Assembly (NCBI GenBank): GCA_963765675.1
Contig: CAVXXK010000003.1
Location: 1 to 64,000 of the forward strand
From: an uncultured delta proteobacterium
Lineage (GTDB): Bacteria > Desulfobacterota > Binatia > Binatales > Binataceae
Direction: 5' to 3'
Length of the DNA: 64,000 nucleotides
The notes below the pieces were generated by a model, which did no database searches, had not been told where the DNA came from, and was given only the letters and a program-made list of their open reading frames with translations. The position numbers and the translations under genes are program-made. This document shows positions 19,078 through 29,695 of the stretch, piece by piece. The number at the start of each line of letters is the position of its first letter. Position 1 is the first letter of the stretch.

Positions 19078-20181
19078 TTATTCATTCGCGAGCGCGCGCT
19101 CGATAAAGCCGCCGCCGAGCACTTCGTCGCCGCGATAAAACACGCACGCCTGCCCCGGAGTCACCGCCGGTCCGCCGTTCGCGAAGCGAATCTCCGCGCC
19201 GCGCGCCGAATCGAGCGTGACCGTTGCGGGAAGCGCGGGATGCCGATAGCGAATCTTTACTTCCGCGCCCATCGGTCCTGAAGCAGCCGACGACGGATCG
19301 ACCATACTGACCTCGCGCGCTATCAGACCCGACGCGCTCAGCGCCGCGCGCGGCGCGACGATTACGTCGCCCGATTGAGCGCGGATTTCGCGCACGTAGA
19401 GCGGCTCTCCCGATGCGACCCCGAGTCCGCGGCGCTGGCCGACCGTGAAGCGATGCACCCCGGCGTGATCCGCGAGCGCGCGGCCTTCGCTATCCACGAT
19501 TTTGCCCGGACGAATTTCGCCGTTCAGTTGCGGCGCGCGCCGCTCGACGAAGCGCGCGTAGTCTCCGTCGGGTACGAAGCAGATTTCCTGGCTGTCGGGC
19601 TTGTCAGCGTTCGCAAGGCCCAGCGCCCGCGCGCGTGCGCGAACCTCGGTCTTGGTCATCGCGCCCAGCGGAAACATCGTGCGGGAGAGTTCATCCTGCG
19701 CGAGCGAGAAAAGAAAGTACGATTGATCTTTCGACGCATCCGCCGCGCGCAGCAGATGGAACCGGCCCGCGCCGTCGCGTTCGATTCGCGCGTAATGTCC
19801 GGTCGCCACAAATTCCGCGTCGAGCGCTCGCGCGCGCTCCCAGAGCCGGTCAAACTTGATCTCGCGATTGCACATCACGCACGGATTCGGCGTGCGGCCA
19901 GCGAGGTATTCTCCGACAAAGTTATCGACCACGCGTGCGCCGAACTCGGCTCGCAGATCGATCACATAAAACGGAAAATCCATCCGCTCCGCCACCCGCC
20001 GCGCATCCTCGAAGTCTTCGTAGGAGCAGCAGGTCGCGCGCGTCCGCACCGGACGAGTCTCCGGCTCAGGCGCAAGCCGCATCGCGACTCCGACCACCTC
20101 GTACCCCTGCTCGTGCAGGATCGCGGCAGCCACCGAGCTGTCGACTCCGCCGGACATCGCGACCAGAACCCGCGCGTTCAT
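19078..20181 (-). CDS. mnmA: tRNA 2-thiouridylase
   Basis: AMSGGVDSS, GRTPNPCVMCN, ATGHYA, KDQSYFL, DSQEICF, PGQACVFY. Confidence 0.97.
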   Translation of the reverse strand: MNARVLVAMSGGVDSSVAAAILHEQGYEVVGVAMRLAPEPETRPVRTRATCCSYEDFEDARRVAERMDFPFYVIDLRAEFGARVVDNFVGEYLAGRTPNPCVMCNREIKFDRLWERARALDAEFVATGHYARIERDGAGRFHLLRAADASKDQSYFLFSLAQDELSRTMFPLGAMTKTEVRARARALGLANADKPDSQEICFVPDGDYARFVERRAPQLNGEIRPGKIVDSEGRALADHAGVHRFTVGQRRGLGVASGEPLYVREIRAQSGDVIVAPRAALSASGLIAREVSMVDPSSAASGPMGAEVKIRYRHPALPATVTLDSARGAEIRFANGGPAVTPGQACVFYRGDEVLGGGFIERALANE

Positions 20182-21350
20182 CGCGGCGCCTCAATCGCTT
20201 CCGCGGCGATCGGCTCGGCCTGCGAGACCCGGCGCCACACGCGCGCGATAATCTCGGACGCCTCGGCGATCTCCTCGGCCGTCGTGCTCCATCCGAGGCT
20301 GACGCGCAAGGAACTGCGAGCCTCGGCTGCACTGCGGCCCATCGCGAGCAGCACGTGCGAGGGCTCGACCGCGCCGGCTGCGCATGCCGAACCCATCGAG
20401 ACCTCGACACCTTCGAGGTCGAGCGCAATCAACATGCTCTCGCCGAGCACTCGCGGAAAAGTAAGATTGATCGTATTCGCAACGCGTCCATCGCGCGGGC
20501 CATTCAGATGCAGTCCCGGAATCGCGTCGCACAACCGCGCGAGCATCGACGCCGCAAGCGTCTCGATTCGCGCACGCTCCGACTCAATCACGCCGCGCGA
20601 TGCCTCGGCGGCCGCGCCAAACGCGACTGCGCCGATCAGGTTCGGCGTTCCCGCACGCATCGCGCCTTCCTGCGGTCCGCCTAGAATCGTCGGTGCGATT
20701 GCCGAGCCGCGACGAATATAGAGCGCGCCCGCTCCGGCCGCGCCGCCAAGCTTGTGCGCACTAAGCGTCATCAGGTCGCATCCCAGCTCGCGCACGTCTA
20801 CCGCGATTCGGCCCGCAGCCTGCGCCGCATCGAGATGAAACAACGCTCCGACACGTGCGGCCGCCGCCGCAATCGGTCGAGCGTCGAGAATCGAACCGAC
20901 TTCCGCATTAACCAGCCCAAGCGTGACCAGCGCGGTCGAACTATCGAGCGCTTCGATAACCGCGTCAGGCGAAATCCGTCCGTCGCGATCCGGCGCGATT
21001 CGCACGATCTCCGCGCCTTGGCGTTCGAGCTCGGCGAGCGGCGCCAAAATCGACGAATGCTCGATCGCGGACGTGATCACGCGACGGCGATCTCCGGCGA
21101 GCTTGAGCGCACCGGAAATCGCGAGGTTGTTCGATTCAGTTCCGCCGCTGGTGAAGACAATCTCGCGCGGCTCAGCGCCGACGAGCCCCGCCACCTGTGC
21201 GCGAGCGTCTTCCAGCGCACGGCGAGCGCGCTGACCCGCGCGATGCACCGACGCGGGATTGCCGTCGGACCGCGCGAGCATCCGCAGCGCGGCCTGCCCG
21301 GCCTCGGGCCGGATAGGCGAGCCCGCGTTATGGTCCAGATAAATCGACAT
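20178..21350 (-). CDS. iscS: Cysteine desulfurase (IscS/NifS family)
   Basis: YLDHNA, GNPAS, FTSGGTESNN, DAAQ, SAHKLGG, RAGTPN, SMGSAC. Coupled to mnmA. Confidence 0.88.
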   Translation of the reverse strand: MSIYLDHNAGSPIRPEAGQAALRMLARSDGNPASVHRAGQRARRALEDARAQVAGLVGAEPREIVFTSGGTESNNLAISGALKLAGDRRRVITSAIEHSSILAPLAELERQGAEIVRIAPDRDGRISPDAVIEALDSSTALVTLGLVNAEVGSILDARPIAAAAARVGALFHLDAAQAAGRIAVDVRELGCDLMTLSAHKLGGAAGAGALYIRRGSAIAPTILGGPQEGAMRAGTPNLIGAVAFGAAAEASRGVIESERARIETLAASMLARLCDAIPGLHLNGPRDGRVANTINLTFPRVLGESMLIALDLEGVEVSMGSACAAGAVEPSHVLLAMGRSAAEARSSLRVSLGWSTTAEEIAEASEIIARVWRRVSQAEPIAAEAIEAPR

Positions 21351-21403
21351 GATTAGTTTGATAGGGTCGCCGCGAAGTAATTAACTTTATATCACCGCGC
21401 GCG

Positions 21404-22633
21404 ATGGCAAAAGACGTTCGCGGCGGAGTTAGCCGGATGCCCCAAGCTGGAAGTGGACCTCGTGTGATCGTGGTTGGAGCAGGCGTGGTCGGATGTAGCC
21501 TCGCGTTCCACCTTGCGCAACTCGGAGCCGAGGTTACGGTCTTCGACAAGGGCGCAGTTTGCGCCGGAATGTCCGCGCGATCGGGTGCGCTGGTGCGGAT
21601 GCATTATTCGTTCGCCCCGGAGGCTGACCTGGCGTGGAAGAGCCTCGCGTATTTCGAGAACTGGGCGCGGATGGTTGGTGGACGATGCGGCTTCGTACGC
21701 ACCGGCTTTGCCGTCGTGGTCGCACCGGACAACGCGGACAAGTTGCGCGCAAACGTCGCGATGCTGAAATCTCTCGGCGTCGAATCCGAACTCGTCGATC
21801 GCGATCAGTTGCGAAAGATCGAGCCTGCCGTCCGGGTCGATGATGTCGGGCTGGCCGCATACGAACCACGCAGCGGCTATGCCGATCCCGTAGCGACGAC
21901 CGAGGCGTTCGCGGCCGCCGCGGAGAAACTCGGCGCGACGTTTCAGCTCAACACTGCCATCGCCGCTCTCGCCGTGAACGCCGGGCGCGCGGCCGGAGTG
22001 ACTGACAGCAGCGGCAAGACCCACGCCGCGGATTTCGTCTGCCTCGTCACCGGGCCGTGGACCGACACTTTGTTGGCGCCGTTCGGACTGAAGCTCGGCA
22101 TCAAGCCCGAGCGCGCGCAGATCGCTTTCTTCCGCAAGCCGCCGACTCTGCGCCACAGCATCTTTATCGACACAATCGCTGGCAGCTATTTTCGTCCGCA
22201 CGGCGACGACCTTACGATGGCTGGGCTGGGCGCCCTCGCACCGGACGCGCCGACCGATCCCGATTCATTCAAGGAAACCAACGACGCGGAATTTATCGAG
22301 GCCGTGCGCGCACGCCTCGCGGCACGGATTCCGGCGCTGAAAGATGCGCCTTACGTACGTGGTCACGCGGGAATTTATGACGTAACTCCTGACGCACGCG
22401 CCGCGATCGGTCCGATCGCGGAGGTTCCCGGCCTTTACGTTGCGGCCGGATTTAGCGGCACCGGATTCAAAACCTCGCCCGCGGTCGGCGCCGCGCTCGC
22501 GGAGCTGATCGTCGAGGGCAAGAGCAAGACCGCCGATCTCTCAGCGTTGTCGTTCGCGCGATTCATGACCGGCAAGCTGATTCACGCACCCAACGAATAC
22601 ACGATGGGCGCCGGCTTCGGCCACACGCTGTAG
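21404..22633 (+). CDS. FAD-dependent oxidoreductase (DAO/sarcosine oxidase beta family)
   Basis: GAGVVG Rossmann motif, GMSARSGA, GIYDVTPD, GFSGTGFK. Confidence 0.9.
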   Translation: MAKDVRGGVSRMPQAGSGPRVIVVGAGVVGCSLAFHLAQLGAEVTVFDKGAVCAGMSARSGALVRMHYSFAPEADLAWKSLAYFENWARMVGGRCGFVRTGFAVVVAPDNADKLRANVAMLKSLGVESELVDRDQLRKIEPAVRVDDVGLAAYEPRSGYADPVATTEAFAAAAEKLGATFQLNTAIAALAVNAGRAAGVTDSSGKTHAADFVCLVTGPWTDTLLAPFGLKLGIKPERAQIAFFRKPPTLRHSIFIDTIAGSYFRPHGDDLTMAGLGALAPDAPTDPDSFKETNDAEFIEAVRARLAARIPALKDAPYVRGHAGIYDVTPDARAAIGPIAEVPGLYVAAGFSGTGFKTSPAVGAALAELIVEGKSKTADLSALSFARFMTGKLIHAPNEYTMGAGFGHTL

Positions 22634-23608
22634 GTTGAAGCGGTTACGCTGCCGCGCGCAGCGATGGAGGCATCCGAGCGCGAGGCCGCGCGAGTCAGCA
22701 CCGACAGATAGCCCGGTTCAAGTTCCATCCGCGGTCCGTAACCCTTCGCGAGCATCAGCGCGTGCGCCTTCGGCAGGTTGTAGCACGGCACCGCCATCAG
22801 CAGGTGATGCTCAAGATGATAGTTCACGAAATACGGCGCGATAAACGCACGCTCGAGCCAGTTGGCGTGAGTGGTGCGCGTGTTGCGCATCGGATCGTCG
22901 TTATCCGTCAGCATCGAATGCTCCGCGATACTGCGAACTCGCGTGATGAATTGATTGAAGGTCATGAGCGGCAGGATCCATAGCGTCAGGAAAAACCACG
23001 GATGACCCGGCCAGCGCGAGGATCGCGAACAGAATCGCGTTGGTGATGAAAAATCCGCCGAAGCGCGTCAGTCCCTGCCCGAACTGCGACTTGACCGTCA
23101 TCGCCGGATCGCTCTTGCGAAACGCGCCGCGCAGCGCGGCCGAGCGCTGCTTGTATGCGGTCTGCCCGGTCAGATCGCGAATGGTCTTGCGCCAGAAACT
23201 CGCCCGCGTGATCGGAAACGGCGCGCCGAGCGCCAGGTCCGGGTCGTTCGGCTGCTGGGTGAACCGATGATGCAGCACATGATAGGTACGATACGCATAC
23301 ATGTCGGACATCTGCGGATCGCCGCACAGCCACGCGCCCACCCAATCGTTGAGGCGATTGCTGGTGAACAGCAATCCATGCGCCGCATCATGCATCAGGA
23401 TCGCGAGCCCCAACTGGCGCGCGCCGATGATCAGCACCGCGGCAATGAATGTCAGCGGGTTCGGCCAGATCGCGAACATCGCCATAGCGGCGAAAATCAC
23501 TGCCCACGCGTGAAACACAATCCATCCGCCGCGCAGATTGGATTTGCGCTTGAGCATCAGCAATTCGTCGGGAGAAAATACGCTGCTCGCTTTGAACATC
23601 ATCGCCAT
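22582..23608 (-). CDS. Membrane fatty acid desaturase; +1 frameshift near 23007 (extra G, probably an error)
   Basis: His boxes HDAAH and HVLHH in frame 1; AEH and NYHLEHH in frame 2. Removing one G gives ...LAGHPWFFLTLWILPLMTFNQF.... Confidence 0.88.
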
Positions 23609-23657
23609 GCGAATAGAATGTAACAGAATATGGCGATGATTGCAAATACCAGTTACA
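23598..23657. promoter_or_regulatory. Overlapping divergent promoters with a putative PaaX-type operator
   Basis: TGTAAC(23619-24)-N27-GTTACA(23652-57). Minus strand TTGCAA-N17-TACATT 8 nt before the desaturase ATG. Plus strand TTGAAC-N16-TAGAAT 10 nt before the regulator ATG. Confidence 0.55.
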
Positions 23658-24460
23658 AGCCCGAACGTCCGCTAACCGCGCGCGCGATTGTGCTCGATTT
23701 TATTTCCAACCGCGCCCCGCGCGAGATCTCGGCGCGCGCCGTTCTCGCTGCCGGCGCAGTCTTCGGGTTCTCGGCGCAGAATCTGCGCATGGCGCTGATG
23801 CGGCTGGTCGACCAGGGCGTCGCGGTCAACGCGACGCGAGGGCGCTACCGGCTGGGCGCGCCGGGCGAGACGATGCGCGTCGAGGTCCGCAAATGGAAGC
23901 GTGTCGCCGACCTCGTCCGGCCATGGTCGGGCGGATGGGTCGGCGTTTACGGGGCGGAGATCGCGCGCAGCGACCGCGCCGCGATCCGCCGGCACGAGCA
24001 GGCGCTGCGTCTGCGCGGCTTTCGCGAATTCAGCTCGGGTTTATGGATTCGTCCGGCGAATTTGCGCGACTCGGTAGCCGAGTTGCGCGTGCACCTCGCC
24101 GCCCTCGGGCTTCATCGCGACGCGATCGTCGTTGGGCTGAGCGATTTCGACGAGGCTGCCCGCGTGCGCGCCTCCAATTTGTGGGACACCGCCGCACTCG
24201 AGCGAGCATACGGCGCATTGCGCGGCGCCCTCGACGCGAGCCAGGCGAAAGTCGCGCGACTGCCGCTCGAAGCGGCGGCGGCCGAGACGCTGCTGCTCGG
24301 CCGCGAGGTTATCCGGCACATCAATCTGGATCCGCTGTTGCCCGAAGAACTGATGCCGCAGCGGCCGCTGCGTGAGCTGGTGCGGGCGATGATCGGCTAC
24401 GATGAAATCGGCCGGGAGATCTGGCGGCGCTTCATGCGAGAAATCGAAAGCCGCGATTGA
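23630..24460 (+). CDS. PaaX-family transcriptional regulator
   Basis: N-terminal wHTH (NLRMALMRL...RGRYRL), WSGGW, LRLRGF...GLWIRP, LWD, DPLLPEELMP. Confidence 0.85.
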   Translation: MAMIANTSYKPERPLTARAIVLDFISNRAPREISARAVLAAGAVFGFSAQNLRMALMRLVDQGVAVNATRGRYRLGAPGETMRVEVRKWKRVADLVRPWSGGWVGVYGAEIARSDRAAIRRHEQALRLRGFREFSSGLWIRPANLRDSVAELRVHLAALGLHRDAIVVGLSDFDEAARVRASNLWDTAALERAYGALRGALDASQAKVARLPLEAAAAETLLLGREVIRHINLDPLLPEELMPQRPLRELVRAMIGYDEIGREIWRRFMREIESRD

Positions 24461-24466
24461 AATCAC

Positions 24467-25189
24467 TCAATGATCTTTGCCGCCGATCGCCGCGGTGCGG
24501 TCGGGCGGATGATGCTCGCCGACTTTGTCTTCGAGGCAATCCTGCCGCTCCTCGACTTCCTCGATTCGCACGCCGATTCGGTTGAGCTTCTCGACCAGAC
24601 CGTTGATCGCGCGCGCGACCGGGTCAGGCAGCTTGCCGTGCTCGAGCTCGGCAACTTCGTGGCGCGCGCTGTCGCCCTCGATCACTTTGCCGGGGATTCC
24701 GACGATCGTCGAATATGGCGGCGCCGACGAGACCACCACCGCGCCCGCGCCGATCCGACTGCCGCGCCCGATTCGCACCGGCCCGATCACCGAAGCGCCG
24801 GCGCTGATCATGACGTGATCCTCGATCGTCGGATGGCGCTTTTCCTTTTTCAGGCTGGTGCCGCCGAGCGTGACACCCTGGTAGATGAGCACGTCTTCGC
24901 CGATCTCCGCGGTTTCTCCGACCACCACGCCCATCCCGTGATCGATAAACAGGCGCCGCCCTATTTTCGCGCCCGGATGAATTTCAATCCCCGTCATCCA
25001 GCGCGAGAACTCGCTCACCAACCGCGCGAGCAGCTTCAGGTGATGCTCCCAGAGCCAGTGCGCGAGATGATGAAACCAGATTGCGTGGAGGCCCGGATAG
25101 GCAAGCACCACTTCGACCGTGGTGCGCGCCGCCGGGTCGCGCTCGAACACGACCCGAATATCCTCGCGCATGCGGCTTATCATACCCAT
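24467..25189 (-). CDS. cysE: Serine O-acetyltransferase
   Basis: [38 protein letters not shown]. Confidence 0.96.
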   Translation of the reverse strand: MGMISRMREDIRVVFERDPAARTTVEVVLAYPGLHAIWFHHLAHWLWEHHLKLLARLVSEFSRWMTGIEIHPGAKIGRRLFIDHGMGVVVGETAEIGEDVLIYQGVTLGGTSLKKEKRHPTIEDHVMISAGASVIGPVRIGRGSRIGAGAVVVSSAPPYSTIVGIPGKVIEGDSARHEVAELEHGKLPDPVARAINGLVEKLNRIGVRIEEVEERQDCLEDKVGEHHPPDRTAAIGGKDH

Positions 25190-25219
25190 CGCGATTCTCC
25201 CCGGGCGCGGCAGCGCGCC

Positions 25220-26884
25220 CTAAGAGGTCTTGCCGGCTCCGTCACCCGCGCGTGCGGCCCGCGGCATCGCGCCGTTCGACTTCGCGTGCGCGCGGCTGCG
25301 CGGCTTCGCGTTATCCTTGTGCAGCTTGTACTCAACCGAGTCAACCAGCGCCTGCCAGCTCGCCTCGACCACGTTGTCCGACAGCCCGACGGTTCCCCAT
25401 CGGCGTTTGCCATCGGTCGATTCGATCAGCACGCGCACGCGCGCCGCGGTGCCGCGGCCGTTGTCGAGCACGCGCACCTTGTAGTCCGCCAGATGCATCG
25501 TCGCCAGGTTTGGATAGTACGGCACCAGCGCGCTGCGCAGCGCGGAGTCGAGCGCGTTCACCGGACCGTTGCCGATCGCGGCGTTGCGCGTGCGCACGCC
25601 GTCGGGCCCTTCGATCACAACCACGGCCTCGCTGAACGGCGCCTGATCCTCGTGCCACTTGTCGTCGAATACGCGGAAACTCACGAACTCGAAGTGATCC
25701 TTCGCCCGCCCGAGCTTGCGCAGCATCAGTAGCTCGAACGACGCATCGGCGCCGTCGAACACGTAGCCCGCGCCCTCGAGCCTTTTCAGCTCGTCGAGCA
25801 GCGGCTCGATCTTGTCGTTGGACGGATCGAGCTCGATTCCAAATTCGCGCGCCTTGTAGATCAGGTTCGCGCGGCCCGAAAGCTCCGAGAGCAGCACGCG
25901 CCGATCGTTGCCGACGCTTTCCGGCTCGATATGTTCGTAAGTATGCGTGTTGCGCTGGATTCCCGATGCGTGCAGCCCTGCCTTGTGCGCAAACGCGCTG
26001 CGGCCGACGTAGGGCTGACGCGCGAACGGCGAGATATTCGCGAGCTCGTACACCAGCATCGAGAGTTCGCGCAGATGCTTCAGCTTGGCCTGCGGAACGC
26101 AGTTGTAGCCGAGCTTCAGTTGCAGGTTGGCGATAATTGAAACCAGGTTCGCATTGCCGCACCGCTCGCCGACGCCGTTGATCGTGCCTTGCACCTGCGA
26201 GGCTCCCGCCTCGACGCCAGCCAGCGTGTTCGCGACCGCGACCTCGGAATCGTTGTGGCAATGAATCGCGATCGGGCAGCTCACTGCGGCGCGCGCGGCT
26301 TTGATCGCGGCGTCTATTTCATGCGGCAGGCGGCCGCCGTTGGTGTCGCACAGGCAGATGATATCGGCCTTGGCCTCGTCAACTGCCTTAAGGCACGCGA
26401 TCGCGAACTCGGGATTCGAGAAGTAGCCGTCGAAGAAATGCTCCGCGTCGAAGATCGCCTCGTCGACGTGCTTTTTCAGGAACGCGATCGAATCGTTCAG
26501 TATTTCGAGGTTCTGCGCTTCCGAGATCCTGAGCGCTTCGCGCACGTGGAAGTCCCAGGTCTTGCCGACGATCGTCGCGACCGGCGTCTCGGCGCGCAGC
26601 AGCAGTTGCAGGTTGCGATCCTGCGCCGCGCGCACGCCCGCGCGCCGCGTCGATCCAAACGCCGCGATCTTCGCGTGCTTCAGCCGGGCCTTCTTGATCT
26701 CGCCAAAGAACGCCGCGTCGCGATCGTTCGAGCCCGGCCATCCGCCCTCGATATAGTCGAACCCCATATCGTCCAGCCGCTGCGCGATCTGGACTTTGTC
26801 GGCGATCGTGAGCGAGACGTCCTCTGACTGGCATCCGTCGCGCAGGGTCGTATCGTAAACCTGGATATGTTTTGCAACCGCCAT
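25220..26884 (-). CDS. cimA: Citramalate synthase
   Basis: YDTTLRDG.Q, IEGGWPGSN, DAEHFFDGY, LCDTNGG, AFAHKAG, YEHI, GPVNALD. Confidence 0.92.
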   Translation of the reverse strand: MAVAKHIQVYDTTLRDGCQSEDVSLTIADKVQIAQRLDDMGFDYIEGGWPGSNDRDAAFFGEIKKARLKHAKIAAFGSTRRAGVRAAQDRNLQLLLRAETPVATIVGKTWDFHVREALRISEAQNLEILNDSIAFLKKHVDEAIFDAEHFFDGYFSNPEFAIACLKAVDEAKADIICLCDTNGGRLPHEIDAAIKAARAAVSCPIAIHCHNDSEVAVANTLAGVEAGASQVQGTINGVGERCGNANLVSIIANLQLKLGYNCVPQAKLKHLRELSMLVYELANISPFARQPYVGRSAFAHKAGLHASGIQRNTHTYEHIEPESVGNDRRVLLSELSGRANLIYKAREFGIELDPSNDKIEPLLDELKRLEGAGYVFDGADASFELLMLRKLGRAKDHFEFVSFRVFDDKWHEDQAPFSEAVVVIEGPDGVRTRNAAIGNGPVNALDSALRSALVPYYPNLATMHLADYKVRVLDNGRGTAARVRVLIESTDGKRRWGTVGLSDNVVEASWQALVDSVEYKLHKDNAKPRSRAHAKSNGAMPRAARAGDGAGKTS

Positions 26885-26887
26885 CGG

Positions 26888-28129
26888 CTAAAGGGACTCC
26901 GCCTTGGCGGCGATAGTGCCGCCGCCTACGAACGCGTCGTGCAGCGCGCGCATCGCCAACTCTCCATATTTCGCGTTCACCACGACCGAAACCTTGATCT
27001 CCGAGGTTGCAATCATCTCGATATTAATTCGTTCGGCCGCGAGCACGTCGAACATCCGCGCCGCGACTCCCGCATGCGTGCGCATCCCGACGCCGACGAT
27101 CGATACTTTCGCGACCTGCTCCTCGTGGCGCACGCCTGCGGCGCCGATCTCGCCCGCGATCTTTTTTACCAGCTCGATCGCGCGGCGCAGGTCGTCGCGT
27201 CCGACGGTAAACGTCATGTCGGTGCGGCCGTCCTCGCTGGCGTTCTGGATAATCATATCGACCACGATTCCCGCCGCCGCGATCGGGCCGAAAATCTTCG
27301 CCGCGAGCCCGGGCCGGTCGGCCACTCCCGCGATCGTTATCTTGCTCTGGTTCTGGTCGAGCGTGACGCCGGAAACAAGCACGTCTTCCATCGATCGATC
27401 CTCTTGTCCCACCCAGGTTCCCTCACCTTCTGCGAAGCTTGATAGCACAACGATCGGAACATTGTAGCGGCGCGCCAGCTCGACCGAGCGTCCCTGCAGA
27501 ACCTTGGCGCCGAGCGCGGCCATCTCCAGCATCTCGTCGTAAGAGATGCGTTTGAGCTTTTTCGCGTTCTTGCAGATATTCGGATCGGCGGTATAGACGC
27601 CATCAACGTCCGTATAGATTTCACACGCGTCGGCTTTCAGCGCGGCGGCCAGCGCAACCGCGGTCAGGTCCGAGGCGCCGCGCCCGAGCGTTGTAATATC
27701 GCCGTTAGAATCGACGCCCTGGTAGCCCGCGACCACGATCACGTTGCCGTCGGAGAGCGCCTTTTCGACGCGCGCGCATTCGATCGATTTGATCCGCGCG
27801 CGGCCATGATTCGAATCGGTCGCGATTTTCAACTGGTCGCCCAGAAACGAAATCGCCGGCAGTCCCATCGCCCGCAGCCGAATCGCCAGCAGCGCCGCCG
27901 AGACCTGCTCGCCCGTCGCCACCAGCGCATCGGTCTCGCGCAGGTCGGGCGTATCGCTCAACTCGGAAGCGAGCTTGAACAGCCGATTAGTCTCTCCCGC
28001 CATCGCGGACACGACCACGACCATCCCGTCGCCCGCACGCCGTCCGCGCGCCACGCGCTCGGCGACCGCTTTGATTCGATCGACCGAGCCGACCGAGGTT
28101 CCACCATATTTTTGTACGATGAGAGCCAA
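26888..28129 (-). CDS. lysC: Aspartate kinase
   Basis: [28 protein letters not shown], two ACT domains (TSEIKVS). Confidence 0.96.
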   Translation of the reverse strand: MALIVQKYGGTSVGSVDRIKAVAERVARGRRAGDGMVVVVSAMAGETNRLFKLASELSDTPDLRETDALVATGEQVSAALLAIRLRAMGLPAISFLGDQLKIATDSNHGRARIKSIECARVEKALSDGNVIVVAGYQGVDSNGDITTLGRGASDLTAVALAAALKADACEIYTDVDGVYTADPNICKNAKKLKRISYDEMLEMAALGAKVLQGRSVELARRYNVPIVVLSSFAEGEGTWVGQEDRSMEDVLVSGVTLDQNQSKITIAGVADRPGLAAKIFGPIAAAGIVVDMIIQNASEDGRTDMTFTVGRDDLRRAIELVKKIAGEIGAAGVRHEEQVAKVSIVGVGMRTHAGVAARMFDVLAAERINIEMIATSEIKVSVVVNAKYGELAMRALHDAFVGGGTIAAKAESL

Positions 28130-28227
28130 GCGAATTGCGCCTTTAGCCCCAAATTCCGGGGTGATCAGGTATTATGTGCGGAAACCCGCACGCAAACCAG
28201 CCCCCGATCCTGCGGCTTCTAAGGTGC

Positions 28228-28318
28228 GCATCCCGAACGAAGGCCCACCGCCTGAGCCGCAGAGCGGAGCTTGAACGCTTCGGGATTCCTCGCGCGGCAG
28301 CCACGCGCGGGAATGACA
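28228..28318. repeat. REP-like palindromic element
   Basis: GCATCCCGAACGAAG...GGGATTCCTCGCGCG-N7-CGCGCGGGAATGACA. Shares end motifs with 29515-29695. Confidence 0.55.
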
Positions 28319-28388
28319 CCTCGGCGGGCCCGCAGTCCGTTCACAGACTTGCGCGCTGGGATGTCTTCCTGTTTACATTGCCACTGCG

Positions 28389-28712
28389 ATGCTTCCCGCC
28401 CGCGCCACGACGCGTAACCTGCTCCTGGCTCTGATGCTGTGCGCGATCGGAGGATGCAGCACGTGGACCGGCGTGCGAGAGGATCCGTTGAGCCGCGAGC
28501 GGATCGTTTCGGCTTCCGGCTACAGCCTCGACGGATGTCAATCCGCGATGGACGAGCTGGCCCACGCCAACGTCCAGATGGTCCAGCACTCACGGCAACT
28601 GATGCTCAGCATGTTCAGCTTTGGCTACGAGCCTTCGTGGCTTTGCACCGGCACGGCGCCGATTACGGCAACGCCTTCATCTTCAGCTTCCGCGGCATCG
28701 CCTCAACAATGA
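28389..28712 (+). CDS. Hypothetical small lipoprotein
   Basis: Signal peptide with lipobox-like IGG-C. Two further Cys and a Ser/Ala-rich tail. Confidence 0.65.
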   Translation: MLPARATTRNLLLALMLCAIGGCSTWTGVREDPLSRERIVSASGYSLDGCQSAMDELAHANVQMVQHSRQLMLSMFSFGYEPSWLCTGTAPITATPSSSASAASPQQ

Positions 28713-29254
28713 AGAAGCATCTGCGCAATCAGGTTTCTCATCTTCGATATCTGGTGCTCGTGCTCTGCATCGTGAGCGGATGCTCACCGTACATGGAAGC
28801 GACCCGTCCCACGCCGGTCGATCTGTCGACCTTCACGCCCGGTGAAAGCCGCGAGTCGATCATCGAACAGACAGGAGCGCCGGTGACCACCACGAAGGAT
28901 GCGGCAGGAGAGACCTGCGACCTCCATTTGCTCTATACCACCGGCTATGGAACCGCGGTGAAAGTGCCGCTGGCAGTCCTGGAAGGGGCGGCGGATTTCT
29001 TTTCCGCGGGGCTCGCCGAGATCATCCTTTCGCCCACCGAGTCGATCACGCGCAACGAAAAGAAACGCGTCTGGTTCTGCTTCAAGAATGATTCGTTAAC
29101 GACGGTGACCGTCGAGAGTTCCAAAACCGAGACTGCCGATGCTTCCTCGTCGACCGGAGCGACGCCGTCGGACTCGCCTATGACACCCACATCCGCGCCG
29201 ACGCAGGCACCCTCCACCGCGACTCCGATCGCATCGCCCAGCCCGGCTCCCTGA
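28709..29254 (+). CDS. Hypothetical lipoprotein
   Basis: MKKH...LVLVLCIVSG-C lipobox, ATGA overlap with the previous gene, Pro/Ser/Thr-rich tail. Confidence 0.7.
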   Translation: MKKHLRNQVSHLRYLVLVLCIVSGCSPYMEATRPTPVDLSTFTPGESRESIIEQTGAPVTTTKDAAGETCDLHLLYTTGYGTAVKVPLAVLEGAADFFSAGLAEIILSPTESITRNEKKRVWFCFKNDSLTTVTVESSKTETADASSSTGATPSDSPMTPTSAPTQAPSTATPIASPSPAP

Positions 29255-29514
29255 TCCGATTTGAGCGATCGGGCCGCGCGCTATTTATTTTCCTGTAGAC
29301 CCTCCGCGGCGGGCGCGATGAAATTCTCCTGCCGATCCGGGCACTTTTTGCGAAGCCCCATAAACCATTTTTCGAATTTTTACAAGGCTGAACAGTTCAG
29401 CCTTATTTTTTTCGCGCCGACATGCGAAGTATCGCGTATGGACGCCGCCTACAGAGCCATCCGTCCTCTATGGAGACCCGGATGTACCTCGCTCCACGGG
29501 TCTGCTTTCGCAGC

Positions 29515-29695
29515 GGGCGAGATTCCTCGCGATGCGTACCCGCGCGAACGGAACCGCACGACGCGAAGCCGGTGGCTCACTCGCGCTCGGAATGACAATT
29601 TCCGGGTACTGTGTGTCATTCCGAGCGCGAGGTGGCAGCTCGCGTCGCGTCATGCACTTCACGACGAGCGGCAGGTATCGCGAGGAATCTCGCCC
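29515..29695. repeat. Inverted doublet of ~82-bp REP-like elements
   Basis: Perfect 19-bp outer IR (29515-33/29677-95) and 18-bp inner IR (29580-97/29614-31). The 45-46 nt cores are divergent; the spacer is 16 bp. Confidence 0.85.

Noticed and set aside
29515-29695. Possible CRISPR mini-array (constant ends, variable cores)
   Set aside because: The units are inverted rather than direct, there are only two, and no cas genes are present in the window.
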